Assembly (NCBI RefSeq): GCF_041146345.1
Contig: NW_027191406.1
Span: forward strand, 372,001 to 436,000
Reading direction: 5' to 3'
DNA: 64,000 nt
DNA from: Neodothiora populina
Taxonomy: Eukaryota
Below the pieces are notes generated by a model that saw only the letters and a list, made by a program, of their open reading frames with translations, had not been told where the DNA came from and ran no database searches. Made by a program: the position numbers and the translations under genes. This document shows positions 14,888 to 28,400 of the stretch, piece after piece (the stretch's first letter is position 1; the number at the start of each line of letters is the position of its first letter).

Positions 14888-16177
14888 TCAGGGCTTCCAG
14901 ACTGGATGGAGTTGTCCCAGTGGAGCGCCAAAGTTGCAGCTGGGCTTCTTGCGTAACTTGATACCGCCATCTTCGAGCGGTTTGAGTTCGGGAGAAAGCA
15001 TTTCTGATGCATTTTCTGCAGAAGCAGTCTCCGGCTTGAGCAGGGCAGCGTCGTCCTTAGGAGGGGTTTCAAAATTGCCCTCGCCAGCTTCCATGGCCGC
15101 GCTGTAGCCAGGGCTAGGCGTCTTCAACACCATTGGTTCGCTGTCCTCTGGATGCTCGATAAGATCCTGTAACTTGGCACTGAGCATGCTCATGGTGAAG
15201 TTCTCCTGGTCTGGCTGGTAGGGGAGCTCGGGTAGCATCAAAGGTCCCTTGAGAGGGCGATCGTCTTCCATATCCTCGGTCAAGGCTTCGTTTAGAGCAG
15301 TGTTGCTTCTGGTCGGAGTGTCCTGGTGTCCATCGAAATTGCTGCGAGCAGGGCTCATGTCACCGGAAATGGATGCTCTGAGCGGGGTGTGTCCGGCGTG
15401 GTGTAAATTAGCTGGGGGGGGTGGTGATAGGGTGGCGCGAGTCTGGGGCGGTGATCGAGGCACTTCATCAATCATTTCTGATCCATTCTTGCTCCTGGCC
15501 GTAGAGACTAGATTTCAACATCAGCGATGCATACTCGGGGGACATGTTTACATGCATGCATACCATCCATGGAGGGATTTGTGGCCTCGAAAGGAATACT
15601 GATATGGGTTGGAGCAGAAGCTCGCTTGAGTTGCGATAGAGGAGGGCGGTTTTCGCCAACCGGGCTTGTGCTCTCAACTTCGGCGATGCTGGCGAGGCGA
15701 GAGGCCGGGTTCGAAGCGGCATTCCGGAAAGTGGGCGGAGTCAGTGTATTGCCACTGTGTGGAGAGACAAGGGGACTTCTGGCAGGACTGTGGTGCATTA
15801 GCTGGACGTCCTCCTTGTGAGGGAAGAGAGTCATTGTACCTGTGGCCATTGGTGGATCCCTTCAATAACGACTCCAGAGCGATGATGCGGCGGTATAATC
15901 TGTCCCTTTCCAGTTGCCAACTCTCCCTCTCGGCGACAAAAGCCTGATGTTGTAATCGCATGGCTTCGGCTTGCTTGTCGATTTGGATCTGCATGCTCAT
16001 TTCGCCTGCTGACATGTGCGCCTCGGACAATTGGCTGACTGTAGGGGACAAGACCAACGAGCCATTCGAGTCCAATCCCATCGGCGTCCACAGCGAGTCA
16101 TTCGATGTTGTTTGGAATGCAAGAGGCGGGGATTTGGGAGCTGGACGAGCAGCTTGAGGGCATTGTAATACGTCCAT
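14888..16177 (-). CDS. Hypothetical protein with a short coiled coil and Ser/Pro-rich disorder
   Basis: Three ORF pieces joined in frame by canonical introns 15839-15788 and 15563-15508. Coiled coil AFVAERESWQLERDRLYRRIIALESLL; C-terminal NFGAPLGQL. Confidence 0.75.
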
Positions 16178-17102
16178 GCCCGATATCTTCGATTAGCGAT
16201 GGGCGATGGCAGCAGTAAACAAAACAGGTCAACACTGTCACACGAAGGAGGTGTGTGTGCACGAGATGGTGTATCGATGTGTCGGTGGTCGTTTTGACTA
16301 TGCTGGCGACTGTGGTATATAGCTACCATGGATATTGTGTGAAGAGAGCAGTCGATGGTGAAAAGACAATGCAAGGGTCGTTTAAAAGTAAGAGTTATGG
16401 TAATGGTAGAGAGTGGGTCGGCGAGAAGGTTGTTTGCCAGCCAGGCGCAGAGTCGGTGATGCCCCACAGTGCGAACAATCAACAAGCCATACGAGTCAAT
16501 GCGGAGATGGTGCAGGATGATGCGGTCTGGTACAGGACGGCGTGGAGCGATCTCATGCGTTGATGGGGAAAAGGGAAAAAATGGTGATTCTGTCTTCTGT
16601 TGTCTTTGCCTGTTCCTGCCCACTTAGACTAATGACCTCAGAGTGTTGCTACCTGACTTGTTACCCGTACCTTACCTTACCCTTTGGGGTCAGGGTCCCG
16701 CTCGGGCCCGCGTCCACCTGCTTCCCCGGTAGATCGCCAGCTCTTGTTTTCCTGCGTCTCCCTCTTGTACCTGTATCTGCCTGTATCTACAGCACCTTGC
16801 AATCTAAGGTACATGGCGATAAGCAGTGAATCCGAAACAACGTCTCTGCCGCATACCTGCCGTAATCGTAACGTGCAAGCCTGCATCTGCCCGATAACAC
16901 AAGGCAAGTAGCTGATGTAAATTCAGGGGTACTCTGTTCCACGTGTTCAGCCGCAATTCGACTCAAGGTTACCCTCGTTCTAAACTTAGGCAAGGTACTG
17001 TAAGTCTAATGAATTGTTGGGTCGACTTGAGCTACCGCATTGTAAGACTATCACATGCGACTACACTTGATTCGCACGCATCTACATCAACAATAAACGA
17101 GG

Positions 17103-18756
17103 CTACACAGCAACGTAGTTGGCTGGGAATGCTCCAGTGACGCCCCTTATCTCTCCCTGCCACCAGTCATTGGTCGACTCTGTCTTCTTGATGATTCTGA
17201 TCTTGTCTCCCTCTTGGAAACTCAGATCGCCCGGGTTCTGTCCTGCAAAGTCATAGAGAGCTGTGACCGTCAGACCTTGACTCGAGTGTATCCTCTTTGC
17301 AGGTACAGGCGGGGGCGGCTTCTTCTTTGCAGCGATACCCGAAGCCATTGATGAGGACAAGCCTGGTGACGGTTTGCGATCTCCACCAAAGTAATCACTG
17401 CCACCGCTCGGCCTTGAGACTCGCTGGCTGCCGCCTTGTGGTGTTAGGTATGGACTGCTAGTGTCGCTGTGTCCGGATGGGGAAGCTGCTGGTCGTTGAT
17501 TGTACTGCCCACCAGGACTCATTCTAGATGGTGATACTGCGTGCGACGGGAGAGCAAAGTGTCTCGCTGAACCTGGTCGAGGGGGCTTCTCCGGAGGAGC
17601 CTCTTCCTCGTCGTGTACGGCTGAGTTAGTAAAGCTGTGCCTTCCCGGTCGAGTCGGTTTTGTTGGAGCCTCTTCCTCTTCGACTCGGGCTTCTTCTTTG
17701 CGGGAGAGGAAGCTCGGCATGGATGGCCTCGGTAGTGATCCGTGGGAACCGTTTCTCTTCTCTGCGAGTGCATTACGAAGACCAAGACCAGTAAGACTGC
17801 CTTGTTTGTTGTCTACAAACTCCATTGGCTGGTGCACAGCTTTGCCATTTGCGATCAAGCCGAGACCGCCCTCGACTTCGTTTCTGAGAGGGTCAAACTC
17901 TGCGCTGAACTCTGCCACTACGTCCTCTAGCTCAGGGGGAGATACAGGCATGCCCTGCTGCTGGCAGAATCCATATACCGCGGTATATAGTTGAGCTATA
18001 AGAGAGTGCTGTATCATTATTTGAGTGGCGAGGAGATATGGCAGGAGTCGTGAGACAGCATCAACAAGGGGCGGTAAGACTTGCTTAATGTGCTCGTCCG
18101 CTTCATGATATTCGTGTGTTGCAAGCTCGAGGTCACTTTCATGCTTCATAAGTGCAGCATCCTCCTTGGGGGATCGCGTCTCCTTGCGTCTTGCACTCTC
18201 AACACGAGTGTGATAGCGCTCATAGTCAAGCTACATTCGATACGGTTAAGTAGGCACAAGACACGAATGACTGAGTACTGAACATACCTTACGGTCTTCC
18301 CGTTTCTTGATCACTTTCTTCAAAGCGCCAAGGTCGTTCTTTGCCTGTACGGCTGGTTGCAGTAACTTCGAGTCGATGAATGCTACTTCCTGGGCAAGGT
18401 CTGAACCAAGTTCTGCATACAGAGCCTCTGACTGGCTTGCCCTCACAAGCGTATGCTCAGGCGTAGGGGCTGTGATGTGCTTGACATTCTCCTCGGTGCC
18501 AATTGGTTCGTAGATGGTGTGAAAGGTCTCCGCAACAGATAGCTGACTACGCAAGATGCGATTCCACCCTTCACGAAACGACTCGCCATTACTGATGAAC
18601 TGGTATGCGGTCAGAGACGCCAGCATGTAGTGCTGAAAATCTTACGCTTGTCAAGAATCTCTCGGTTTCGTTGAATTCGTGCAGGATGCCACCAACATCT
18701 GCCTCATCTTCCGAACGCTTGAGGAACGTACCGAACTTCCTTTGGACTCGCTGCAT
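17103..18756 (-). CDS. BAR-domain plus C-terminal SH3 protein (amphiphysin/Rvs167-like family)
   Basis: MQRVQRKFG start, helical BAR region with IKKREDRK|LDYERY, Pro-rich linker, SH3 ALYDF..DLSF..GD.I....DWW.G....G.FPANYV. Introns 18645-18600 and 18287-18231. Confidence 0.88.
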
Positions 18757-19460
18757 CGTTCCGGCAGCCTCTGATCATATATGTCGAATGGATGTTAACA
18801 CTCAAAAGGGTGTTGGTGTTATATCCCGAGGTGTGTTATATCTCGATAGCAAGACGAGGGCTGTCAGACATACAACAAAATGATTGGGTACGGACGAGGC
18901 GCAGTTGAATGTGAAAGCGGCTCATACGGAGCCGATGGCGCGACGCTGAGGTGTCGTATGGATCTTGGCAATTCATTTTTGGTTACAGGTAATTACATGC
19001 TATATTGCAGGATGGGCATCCAAGACCAACACGGTCTTGCCATGTTATCATGACTGTAAGAATCATGGGAATGTTCCGAGGCTGGTGTAGGCAGCACATC
19101 TAGTGAGAGCAAGACCTGACGATCCATATAGGGCATTACAGTCTTGAGTTTTGATACCATGGTACCGAGGTACTTCGCCCCCATTCAGCAAGTCACAGGC
19201 TGCAGCTTCTTCTATACACGAAAGTGACGCGCACGTGCGCGGTCCAACACGTACGGACGTCATGGTCACATTTCCCATTCTGGATTTCTAGCGAAGGTAA
19301 CCCCACTTCGCTGCATATACCTTACCTTACGAGAACACAGTGTTGTCATAACTGGAGTGTTGTCAAACCAGCACGTCACTACTATACGGACTCAGCAACA
19401 AAACATCTGAAGCATGCGACCAGCGTGCATTAAGTCAAGAGACCGTCCGACACCCGGACG

Positions 19461-21503
19461 ATGACCACATCAGTACAACGTAGCACCCCCAGCCTATCAA
19501 TACCTCAGACACAGAACACCGCCCCCGTCATCGAGTTTAATTGCCTATATACCCATGATCTCCGTCGCAAGCAGAAACGTTGGCAAGATGGATTCCTTCG
19601 ATACCATACATTTAATAAACGGGCCATGGTCTACGACGTGCCCCGCAATTTCCTTGGCGACCTTCATTGGACGGAAGGAGCAGATATTCAAGAAGGTGAT
19701 GAGTTAATCTTAGAGAAGGGGGGTGTGGTCGTTCAGGTAGCCGAAGAAGTCGGTAGAACAGAGACTGATCTCAAGGAACTCCTGCAAAGGACCAACCACG
19801 CCAACAAGCCTTCTCCAAGATCGGCTGTACAGTCACCCGGTCATTGGACTCAACCTTCACGAGGTGTATCCGTTGCGCCGTCAAACAATGTGACACCTGC
19901 GAAGCATAGGTCCTTGCAGTCGCTCCTTGGGCCTCAAAGAGGTCCTATTGGTAAAGCCTCTCTGCCAGGCAAGTCTCCGTTCGAGGAGCGTAATAGGGAC
20001 CAGGAGAACCGATCGTCGGAATCAGGGAGGGCCTCGAAGCGGCAAAAGACCGACGCTTGGAATGTTACCAGAACGACCAAGACCCCAAAGCAGACTACGA
20101 AGACTGCTGTCTCAGCTACACACAGCAATAGGGGCAAAGCCACTACTAAAGCTTCGAACAACAAGGATGCATCGGGGCAGCGGCAATTGAGTGTAACTGA
20201 GGTAATCGATCTTTTGTCTGATACAGATCCGACTCCACGCAGTCCCGGTCTTCACTCAGGCCCCACAGTAGAAGCTTCTCTTGCTACTTCTGCGCAAGAT
20301 CGAGGGGGCCAAAACGCAACATCCCCCCGACCAGACTCACTTGACCCAGGTATATTGCGTGAGAATCGTCCTATCTCGAGTACCGAGACGTCCCGTCACT
20401 TTGTTCGAGGCGACTCGCCCTCGGTGCATCGCGTTCAGCGCAGGGAGACGGCCGAAGCTGCCAATGTAGCAGCAAGACGTCACATCGATCGGGCGAGTTC
20501 TGTAGGACCTGCAGAAGTACCACGTAGCAATGAGCAATCCTTGTCCAGAACAGCGAACACGACAAGCGATACGTCAGACAACACACGGCCTCCTGCTGAC
20601 AAAGTCCCAACTCAGACTATTACAAATTCGCAAAGGCAGGGTCAAGCCTTGAGACTGGTAAGCAGTGCTCCCAGGAGGATGTTGGTTATCCAAAGCCTAT
20701 CTTCAAAGGCAGGGAAACAGCGCGACAGTCGACAGGAAGTCCGCGAGCACAGCAGCGACCCTGAAAGACCGTCAAGCGAGAGAGGAAACGTAGCAACGAC
20801 GCGCCGGCAAAACAAACCACCGGAGCCAGAGGCAGCTCGGTCAGAAGCGCAGTCTATACATCGCCACCGACTGCAAGAGCGACTAGCGCAGATAGGCACT
20901 TCTGCTCGAAAGTCGGACACAGACGAGGAGTCGTCGTCGACAAGAACCGTGGAGCCGCTCAAGTCCACATCTAGCACTTCGCACAACCTTCCGCAACCAG
21001 CAGAAACAGCTCCAACAACCCACATGTTCCCTCCGCCTCTTCCTATGAACCAAAGCAATCCACAACGCAGACCCAACAACGGATCAACTCGTTTCCTACA
21101 TCCTCAGGCAAAAGACGACATGTTAACACGCAGTCGAACCCCAAGCACAACAGTGCATCAGCCAATTCACAGGGTGGCACCACCGCCGCGTTCTGCGACC
21201 AATGCTCCCATGGGCCCGCCCCCACGACCGGCTTCAACCAACACAAGACAGAGCTCCGGAGTCACGACCGTCATGCTCGCAAAGCCTTTCAAGGCGCCGT
21301 CTGCGGCGTCAACAGAAGAAGCCATGATTTCGGCAACGGAAGCAGCAGAAGCTATAGCAGAAGACGACTTCTCAGAATCACTAGACGTCGAGGAGGAACA
21401 GATCGGTGCGCTGCAAGAAGAGAGTAATAGTGATCTCGGACCGTGGAGTAAAGAGGCGTTTGACCTGATGGATTGGAGGCCGCCTGATCGAGAGCTGGCT
21501 TGA
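19461..21503 (+). CDS. DUF2439-domain protein (Mte1/Dbl2/ZGRF1 N-terminal-like), likely DNA repair
   Basis: N-terminal EFNCLYTHDLRRKQKRWQDGFLRYHTFNKRAMVYD, long disordered tail, GPWSKEAFDLMDWRPP end. Confidence 0.82.
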   Translation: MTTSVQRSTPSLSIPQTQNTAPVIEFNCLYTHDLRRKQKRWQDGFLRYHTFNKRAMVYDVPRNFLGDLHWTEGADIQEGDELILEKGGVVVQVAEEVGRTETDLKELLQRTNHANKPSPRSAVQSPGHWTQPSRGVSVAPSNNVTPAKHRSLQSLLGPQRGPIGKASLPGKSPFEERNRDQENRSSESGRASKRQKTDAWNVTRTTKTPKQTTKTAVSATHSNRGKATTKASNNKDASGQRQLSVTEVIDLLSDTDPTPRSPGLHSGPTVEASLATSAQDRGGQNATSPRPDSLDPGILRENRPISSTETSRHFVRGDSPSVHRVQRRETAEAANVAARRHIDRASSVGPAEVPRSNEQSLSRTANTTSDTSDNTRPPADKVPTQTITNSQRQGQALRLVSSAPRRMLVIQSLSSKAGKQRDSRQEVREHSSDPERPSSERGNVATTRRQNKPPEPEAARSEAQSIHRHRLQERLAQIGTSARKSDTDEESSSTRTVEPLKSTSSTSHNLPQPAETAPTTHMFPPPLPMNQSNPQRRPNNGSTRFLHPQAKDDMLTRSRTPSTTVHQPIHRVAPPPRSATNAPMGPPPRPASTNTRQSSGVTTVMLAKPFKAPSAASTEEAMISATEAAEAIAEDDFSESLDVEEEQIGALQEESNSDLGPWSKEAFDLMDWRPPDRELA

Positions 21504-21738
21504 TGATGTGGGACTCGCATTTTCAGTCTTCCCTGGAGATGTGGTTTCGAAGATAAGCACTAGATTGGGGTTTGTCTTTTTCACGAAGACACACTGGAGT
21601 ACTGGAACGACTGGAGAGGTATATGACGATCAATTAATATAGATATGATACACAAGAAACTGGGGTTGGGGTTTTGTGGGTTAACGGTGTTGATTAATGG
21701 TGTAAAGCTTACGACAGACAAGAAAGAAGAGTCACGTT

Positions 21739-23610
21739 TCACAGTCTCTTGCCGCGTCGTAGTTCCCACATGGTCCCGTATGGATCCAGTAGCTCGTCGT
21801 CGTCGTCGTCGTCGTCATTCGTTTCTTGCTCTTCTTCCTCGTCCTCTTCGTCTTCTTCCGATGATGCGTCTACTTCATGCACGTCAAGGTCATTCTTATC
21901 CTCAGTAGTATTCTCAGCAACAGCCGACTCATCAGCCTTTCCCATGCTGCTGATGCTTTTACCACTCACATCGAGCTGACCAGCGAGATACCCTCCGAAA
22001 TGCAAGAACGCATCCAGCATTTCCTTTCCCGTGGGCACGATATGCTCACTGGGCAGCAAAAAGCCATAAGTGCCGCGGTCTCTCAGCTTGAACTGGTAGG
22101 TGTATTTGACCTTCATTTCGTGGTAGAACCAGTCCAGAGCGCTGCCGCCGCCGCTCTCGAAGCGCGGGAAGATGCGGCCTTGTTTGTCGTTGTTGTCTTT
22201 GGTCGTCGAGCTTGCTGCTGCTAAGGCGACGTTGCCCTCGCAGGCGGGCGCGGACTGGTAGTAGTGGCCTCCGGCTTGTCTGATGGACTTGGCGAGCCCG
22301 GCGGCCAACTCCTGGAGGTTTTCCAGGCTGGGCGGGTCGGTTTCGCATGAGTAGGAATAGGGATAGAGGATCTCCTGCGAGTAGCTGTGGAGATCGAGGA
22401 AGCCGACGAATTCGACGTGGTTGTTTTCCGTTTCGTTGCGGGCCCAGTCGGCGAGGCGTTTGGACTCGACGCCATCGAAGGGGGATTCGCCGGCGAAAGA
22501 CTCGGAGCAAGGGTTCGTGTGCGTGCTCTCGCCGTCCCATTGGAATGCGAAACTTCGGTCCAGGTCTAGTCCGCGGCAGAAGCGCAGGTGCGTCTGTTGG
22601 CGGTTCTTGCGCCATAGACGGTCCGTCTCCCAGCTGTATACATAGCCGTCGGGGTTGAATGTGGGGACGAAGACCCAGTCGAATTCTTGCAGGAGTGAAG
22701 TGATGTAGGGGTCTTTGCCGTATCCCGTGATGAGGGAGTATGCTATGTAATTGACTGTACTGGTCGAAATCCACTCGCGGGCGTGGACCCCACCGGTCAC
22801 AAGGATGGTCTTGCGGGTGGTGGGAGCCTCGTCGTTGGTGGGATGCACGCCGACTCTGAGAGCGTTGATGTCGCGTCCTTCGTAGCTCAGACCAATGTTG
22901 ATTAGACGGACGTGGGTTGTGAACAGCGAGGCCATGAGACGCATCCAGGGCTGAATGACGGAGAGTGGCTGGTAGTCGGAGAAGAACAGGTTCCCCTCGG
23001 ATTCCTGTGGACCGAGGGCGGGACCGAAGGCATGGTAGCGGTTGTGACGGCCGTCGGCAAGACCTCCACGGCCAGATGGCGGCGAGGGATATGTGTTGGC
23101 GATTGCCTGGGCCAGTTCGCGCTCTTGCATCAATGGCTTGTGCGAGCGCTGTAGGGACGCCGGCAGCAGGGCAAGCAAAGAAGGCACAATGTCCTTGGCA
23201 AGGCGGATGTCGACCCAGTCCTCGGTGAATTCCCACACATCCAGAAACAGCGTGTCGGCGGCTTCGGAAAGAGCAGCAGACTCGGCGCCCCCAGTGATGT
23301 TGAAGCGCAACACTATCTCGTCGCCGTGTCTCGCCAGCTGCGCCGATGCATCTTTCTGGCCCGTCTGTCCTTTGCCGAGACGAGGTGTGCTCGAAGGAAT
23401 GTCTGGGCTAGCTAGACCCCAGACCTTGCGGATGATGGGATCCGAGATTGAGCGCCATAGAGGACGGTGGGGGTGGACGTCTTGCGGAAGCGGTTGCGCT
23501 CGTGTTTGTGATGATAAAGCCGAGTCATGCGAGTCGACAAATGGTATGGCGATGACGGAAGTGGCACACAGCGCCGACACGGTGAGAGAGGACAGCGATG
23601 GGGGGCGCAT
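21739..23610 (-). CDS. ECM14: Inactive M14 metallocarboxypeptidase Ecm14
   Basis: Signal peptide from ATG 23610, prodomain, [21 protein letters not shown]. Lys at the catalytic Glu position (YQFKLRD) and DLDRSF, typical of Ecm14. Confidence 0.92.
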   Translation of the reverse strand: MRPPSLSSLTVSALCATSVIAIPFVDSHDSALSSQTRAQPLPQDVHPHRPLWRSISDPIIRKVWGLASPDIPSSTPRLGKGQTGQKDASAQLARHGDEIVLRFNITGGAESAALSEAADTLFLDVWEFTEDWVDIRLAKDIVPSLLALLPASLQRSHKPLMQERELAQAIANTYPSPPSGRGGLADGRHNRYHAFGPALGPQESEGNLFFSDYQPLSVIQPWMRLMASLFTTHVRLINIGLSYEGRDINALRVGVHPTNDEAPTTRKTILVTGGVHAREWISTSTVNYIAYSLITGYGKDPYITSLLQEFDWVFVPTFNPDGYVYSWETDRLWRKNRQQTHLRFCRGLDLDRSFAFQWDGESTHTNPCSESFAGESPFDGVESKRLADWARNETENNHVEFVGFLDLHSYSQEILYPYSYSCETDPPSLENLQELAAGLAKSIRQAGGHYYQSAPACEGNVALAAASSTTKDNNDKQGRIFPRFESGGGSALDWFYHEMKVKYTYQFKLRDRGTYGFLLPSEHIVPTGKEMLDAFLHFGGYLAGQLDVSGKSISSMGKADESAVAENTTEDKNDLDVHEVDASSEEDEEDEEEEQETNDDDDDDDELLDPYGTMWELRRGKRL

Positions 23611-25473
23611 GGCGGGCGGAACGAGTGTGTGCTCCCAATGACAATGTCCAATGTCGACAGGTGGAGAGGGAAGTGGGGAGAGTTTCCTTCGAGGTAATCT
23701 GAAAGTAGAAGAGCAGCGACCCTGAAAGGCAACTGTTTTCTGGGCGGCAGCTTTCGGTTTCGGTTTGGTATGACGCTGCCCGCAATCAGCAGATAAGATC
23801 TTCCACACCTTACCTACATCTGTAGGCACTGGGCGATACTCACATCACTTGTGATACGGTAGGAGCAGATGTGCAGTGACGCTCTATCCTGGTTGTTATC
23901 TCACTATCATCCTCCAGTCCTACCTATCACTGCACTGCTTGAAATGGGAGGTTTGATATGTTGCTGTGCTTCATCAGCACAAGCCTACCTTAAGGTATCG
24001 ACGATGATGGTGATCCGTGCCCCCAGCGAAGCAGAAGCACGGAAAGCCTTCGCTCTCTGTTCAGGACACCTTGATGGCATTATTATGTGTCAAGACCAAG
24101 GGCTAGTTGAGGCTGCAAGACGTCTGCTCACTCCAGTAAACATGATGCACCATGGTTGATACGGCTTCTACTCTACAGACGCCACCCCTCACATCGTCAT
24201 GTATAGCGGATGAATCAAGGATAAAGGCAGATATTCCTTCCTCCATGCCAATGCTACTGTACTTGTACCTTGTACACACAGGTACAGTACGACGTGGATC
24301 TTGCCGCATTCACATTGAAACGCGAAGGATTTGATCCCACCGAGTCTCACGTGTGACCATGAGGATGTGGGACAGTACAGTTTAGCACCCTTGTAGTGTC
24401 TAAGTCAAAGTAGATTAATTGCTCGGAGCAAGAGAGACAGTGGTTCTCAAAAGCACGGTCAAGATGCAGGTAGCGACGATTGCGAGGGTGCTAAGTACCG
24501 AGGCATGCATGAAAGCACAGTGCAGGCAGGTACTGTATCATAAGGTGCTCTTACTGTACAGCATCCGCCTGGAACATTTACCTACCTGACTGGAGGCAGC
24601 TTGACTGCAGCCTGTAGACTTGTAAAGGTGCTTTTTCAGTGGCAACCTTCGTAATCAGGTTCGACAGGCACTGAGGCAGGATTTCGCTCTCGCTCGCGTG
24701 GGTTGATGCTTCTAGAAGTATTCAACAAACGTCCGGGAAGGAAACCGTTACTCTTGGCGTTGGCATTCCTTCCGCCGAGGACGCGCAATCACCAAGAATG
24801 GAGGCGCGGAACGGGTTGGGGAGGGAAGGAAAAAAGGCCCCTCCTTCCAGCAGCATGAAGAAAAACTTATTGTTCAGAGACACTGTGGTGAATCTCAGCG
24901 ATGATTGCAACATGTAGATGAAAGTCTAGTAGAGTGGACTATAATCGTAGACAGCACGGAGGACCAAAGTTAGGTTGCTACCGTGCATTAGGAGGTTTTA
25001 TGCAAGAATCAGTGTTGATCCTGTACCGACCCATAGAACCCCCCGGAGGGGGGCCTGTTGACGTCGCTCCACTGTAAAGCCTCGCTGGCTCGATCTCGCG
25101 CATCCGAACTCTGGACCTGCCCTGTTCTTGAGACGAGTCTTTGTCCAAACATCTTCTGTACCCGCCATGCCTTCTTTGCCTGTGATCCTGATTTGATCGT
25201 CCATGTCGCTTCCCCCGCCGCTGCTAGGTCTCACTGCCGCATAAACACACGCGACCACACACTTATGCATGGATGAGAAGTGGAACCTTATCAGCACCCT
25301 TTCCTTCTCCGCCGCCCTTCTCTCATCCCCCCCCCCCCCAAATCTCAACCCGTCCCATAGATGAAATCTCGCCGGCTTCCATAGTGGCACACGCATCCTT
25401 GTCCACACATGCAAGCCGTCTGCATCTCATAGACGCGTCAAGCCGTCGCGCTTTCGCCTTTTGATGAACCGCC

Positions 25474-28400
25474 ATGCCACTCCTTTCTCGCCGCCGGAGC
25501 ACAATCGATGTCCTCTTCAACGATCTGAACTTTGCTGCCTCTGATCCTGCCGCTACCACCACTGCTGCTGCTGCCCATGCCGACGACAATGCGGTAGGAA
25601 AGAAGCCAGCCGCCCCACCTGCACCTGGCCCGGCCGCTGCCTTGTCTTCCTCTCCCACCCTGGATGCGGTCGCGTCATTCATCGTCCCCCGTCTTCGTCG
25701 ACCCTCGACTGCCCATCCACTGAGTGAGGGCTCACGCTCCTTCGACAGCCCTGCTCGCAATCACTCAGAACGACCCGACTCGCCTCCGGTTCAGGATGCC
25801 ACTCCAGCCCACGGCAGATTCAGCAGACTGAGGTGGAGGCATTTCTCTGACACACAGTTGGCCGCAACTGCCAGGGCACACGCCGAACAGGAGGAGAGAC
25901 CGCCTCTGCCGGATCCATCACCTCCCCTGCCACCTCTTGCCACGACAGCGCCTGCCATCATCACTACAGCTCCGACAATGGACCCTCCCAATCCAACCCC
26001 GACGCCGCCAAAGAAGCCGAAAAGCCCTTTCAAGAGACAGATGTCCAAATTCACTTCCTCGAAGCACCTGCTCGCCAACAACAGCAGCAATAATCACAGC
26101 AGCACCAGCCTGATGGAAAAGAAGCCAATGCGCCAGTCGACCGAGCATAGCGAAACCCCAAAGCATCTGGGCCCGTGGAGAAAGTCCTTTGATCGGAAGG
26201 AGCGACGAGACGACCACGTGCGACCAATGCCTGCTGCTGATTCTGCTCCTCGCAACCCCGCTCCTCCTGCTTATGGCGACGAGTCAAATTCCGCCCTTGC
26301 CCTCCCGCTTGAGAGGCTGTCTGTGTCGTCGGCGGGAGATAGAAGCTCAAGCGAACATGTCACGTATGCCACTACAACCACGACCCATACCATCTCGACT
26401 ACCACCACTCTCTTCAAGCTGCCTCGCAGAAACAGAAGGAAGTCTCTTTTCCCTCTTCCTCCCAAGTTTGAGCCTCCGCCCGAGCAAATCGACCTCTCTC
26501 CTGCTTCGCCTCGCGCCTCGACCAGTGCCATCTCTACTCACTCAAATATCGAAACACCGGGTTCGCTGGGTCCAACACCCCGCGTTGCCTTGCATAGGCG
26601 CCATACCGAGGTCTCACGTCCCCGTCTGTTCACCTCTTCCTCTGTCTCGCCCTCGCACAATTCGTTGGCGAGGTCTGCCATTGCCTTCGCTGCCCATCCT
26701 GGTGCTCCGCTGATCCGCAACGATTCGACCCACTCGGCCAACTCCGCCCGCTCTTCCAATGGACTTGCGCCGCCGAGGAGGACCGGTCTGCGCGATAGAT
26801 CCTCGACCATGGGCTCATTAGGGAGGACTTCTGAGGACTTGACCCCTCCGACTCCGCCCAATCAGGCCAGTGGCCGCACCTCGACCTCGACCTCTGGCCG
26901 CACTAGTCTTGGTGGTTTTTTGAACCTCAATCGCTTCCGTCACGGCTCGGATCCCAATGCGCGAAACTCGTCGCCAGGACACTCCAAGACCGGCTCCTTT
27001 GCCTTGGCCAGCAGAGAGGCCCTGATTATTCCAGACCGTGAGGAAGGTGACACCCCAGGGAAGTACCTGGAGCGTCTTCAGGCCACCGTGTCACGCAGCT
27101 TGATTGCCGGCATCCTGTCCAAATCCGCCGACCCCTTTGCGCAAGCCGTGCTCCGTAGCTATTCCAGGAAGTTTCCTTTCTTTGGCGAACCCATAGACAT
27201 GTCATTGCGGAAGTTTCTCTTGGAAGCTGAATTGCCAAAGGAAACTCAGCAGGTCGACCGAGTCATTCAGGCTTTTGCCGACAGGTATCACGAGTGCAAC
27301 CCCGGCATCTTCCAGAGCCCTGACAAGGCATATATCGTGGCCTTTTCTCTAATGATGCTTCACACGGATGCCTTCAACAAGAATAATAAGCGAAAAATGC
27401 AGAAGCAAGACTATGTCAAGAATACGAGTGGTCAGAACGTGTCTGACGACATCCTGGCCTGCTTCTACGACAACATCTGCTATACGCCGTTTATCCATTT
27501 TGACGAAGAAGTAGACATAAACGGCGAGCGCCTGCTGACATTCAAGCCGAAGAAGAGCAAGCTGCGAGGAACAATGCCTGACCCAGTACGCAAAACCAGT
27601 GGGCCAATCGACCCATATGCTTTGATATGTGATGGAAAGCTCGATGTTCTCCGCCCTCCGATCAAGGAAGCGATCAACACTGACGACCCGTACACTTATC
27701 TCGGGACCGCTGGCACGCTTGATATCCACAGGCTACAAAGGGCCTTCGTCAACACGGGCATACTCCAAATCATTTCCGCCCGCTCCAGACCTGCCGCATT
27801 CGAATCGCAAGCAACGAGAGATAATCCAAATGACACTGCTGCTGGAGTCGTCGACTTGAAGATCACCAAGGTCGGTTTGCTCTGGAGGAAGAACCCAAAG
27901 CGCAAGAAGGCGCGCTCGCCCTGGCAGGAATGGGGTGCGATCATGACTGGATCCCAGCTTTACCTCTTCAAGAATATCAACTGGATCAAAGGCTTGATGG
28001 CGCAGCAGCAGGCCCACAACAAGCAAGCCACCAATGCACCTGTCATCTTTAATCCTCCTATACAAGACTTCAAGCCTGATGCCTTGATAAAGACTGACGA
28101 TGCCGTCGCCCTGTTGGATTCTAGCTACACCAGACACAAGGACGCCTTCACCCTGGTGCGCCACGGTGGCCAAGAAGAGGTTCTACTGGCAGAGAACGAA
28201 TCCGAGATGAACGAGTGGATTGCATTGTTGAACTACGCAGCCGCGTTCAGGTCCGCAGGTGTTCGCATCAGAGGCTTTATAGGATGTAGAGAGACTGACG
28301 CCTCTGCGCCCAAAACCAAGGACCAGATGGCACTTTCCAATGCGGCCGGTCAAGCTCTGCCTGATGCTACGAGCACCCAGCCGGTAGCGCCTCAGCTCGT

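Noticed and set aside
23611..23829. N-terminal extension of the 696-aa ECM14 ORF from the ORF track
   Set aside because: Begins at a non-ATG codon; the signal peptide starts at ATG 23610.
24640..24680. GGTTCGA T-loop-like motif suggesting a tRNA (also near 11555)
   Set aside because: No cloverleaf or A-box; the second instance lies inside a CDS.
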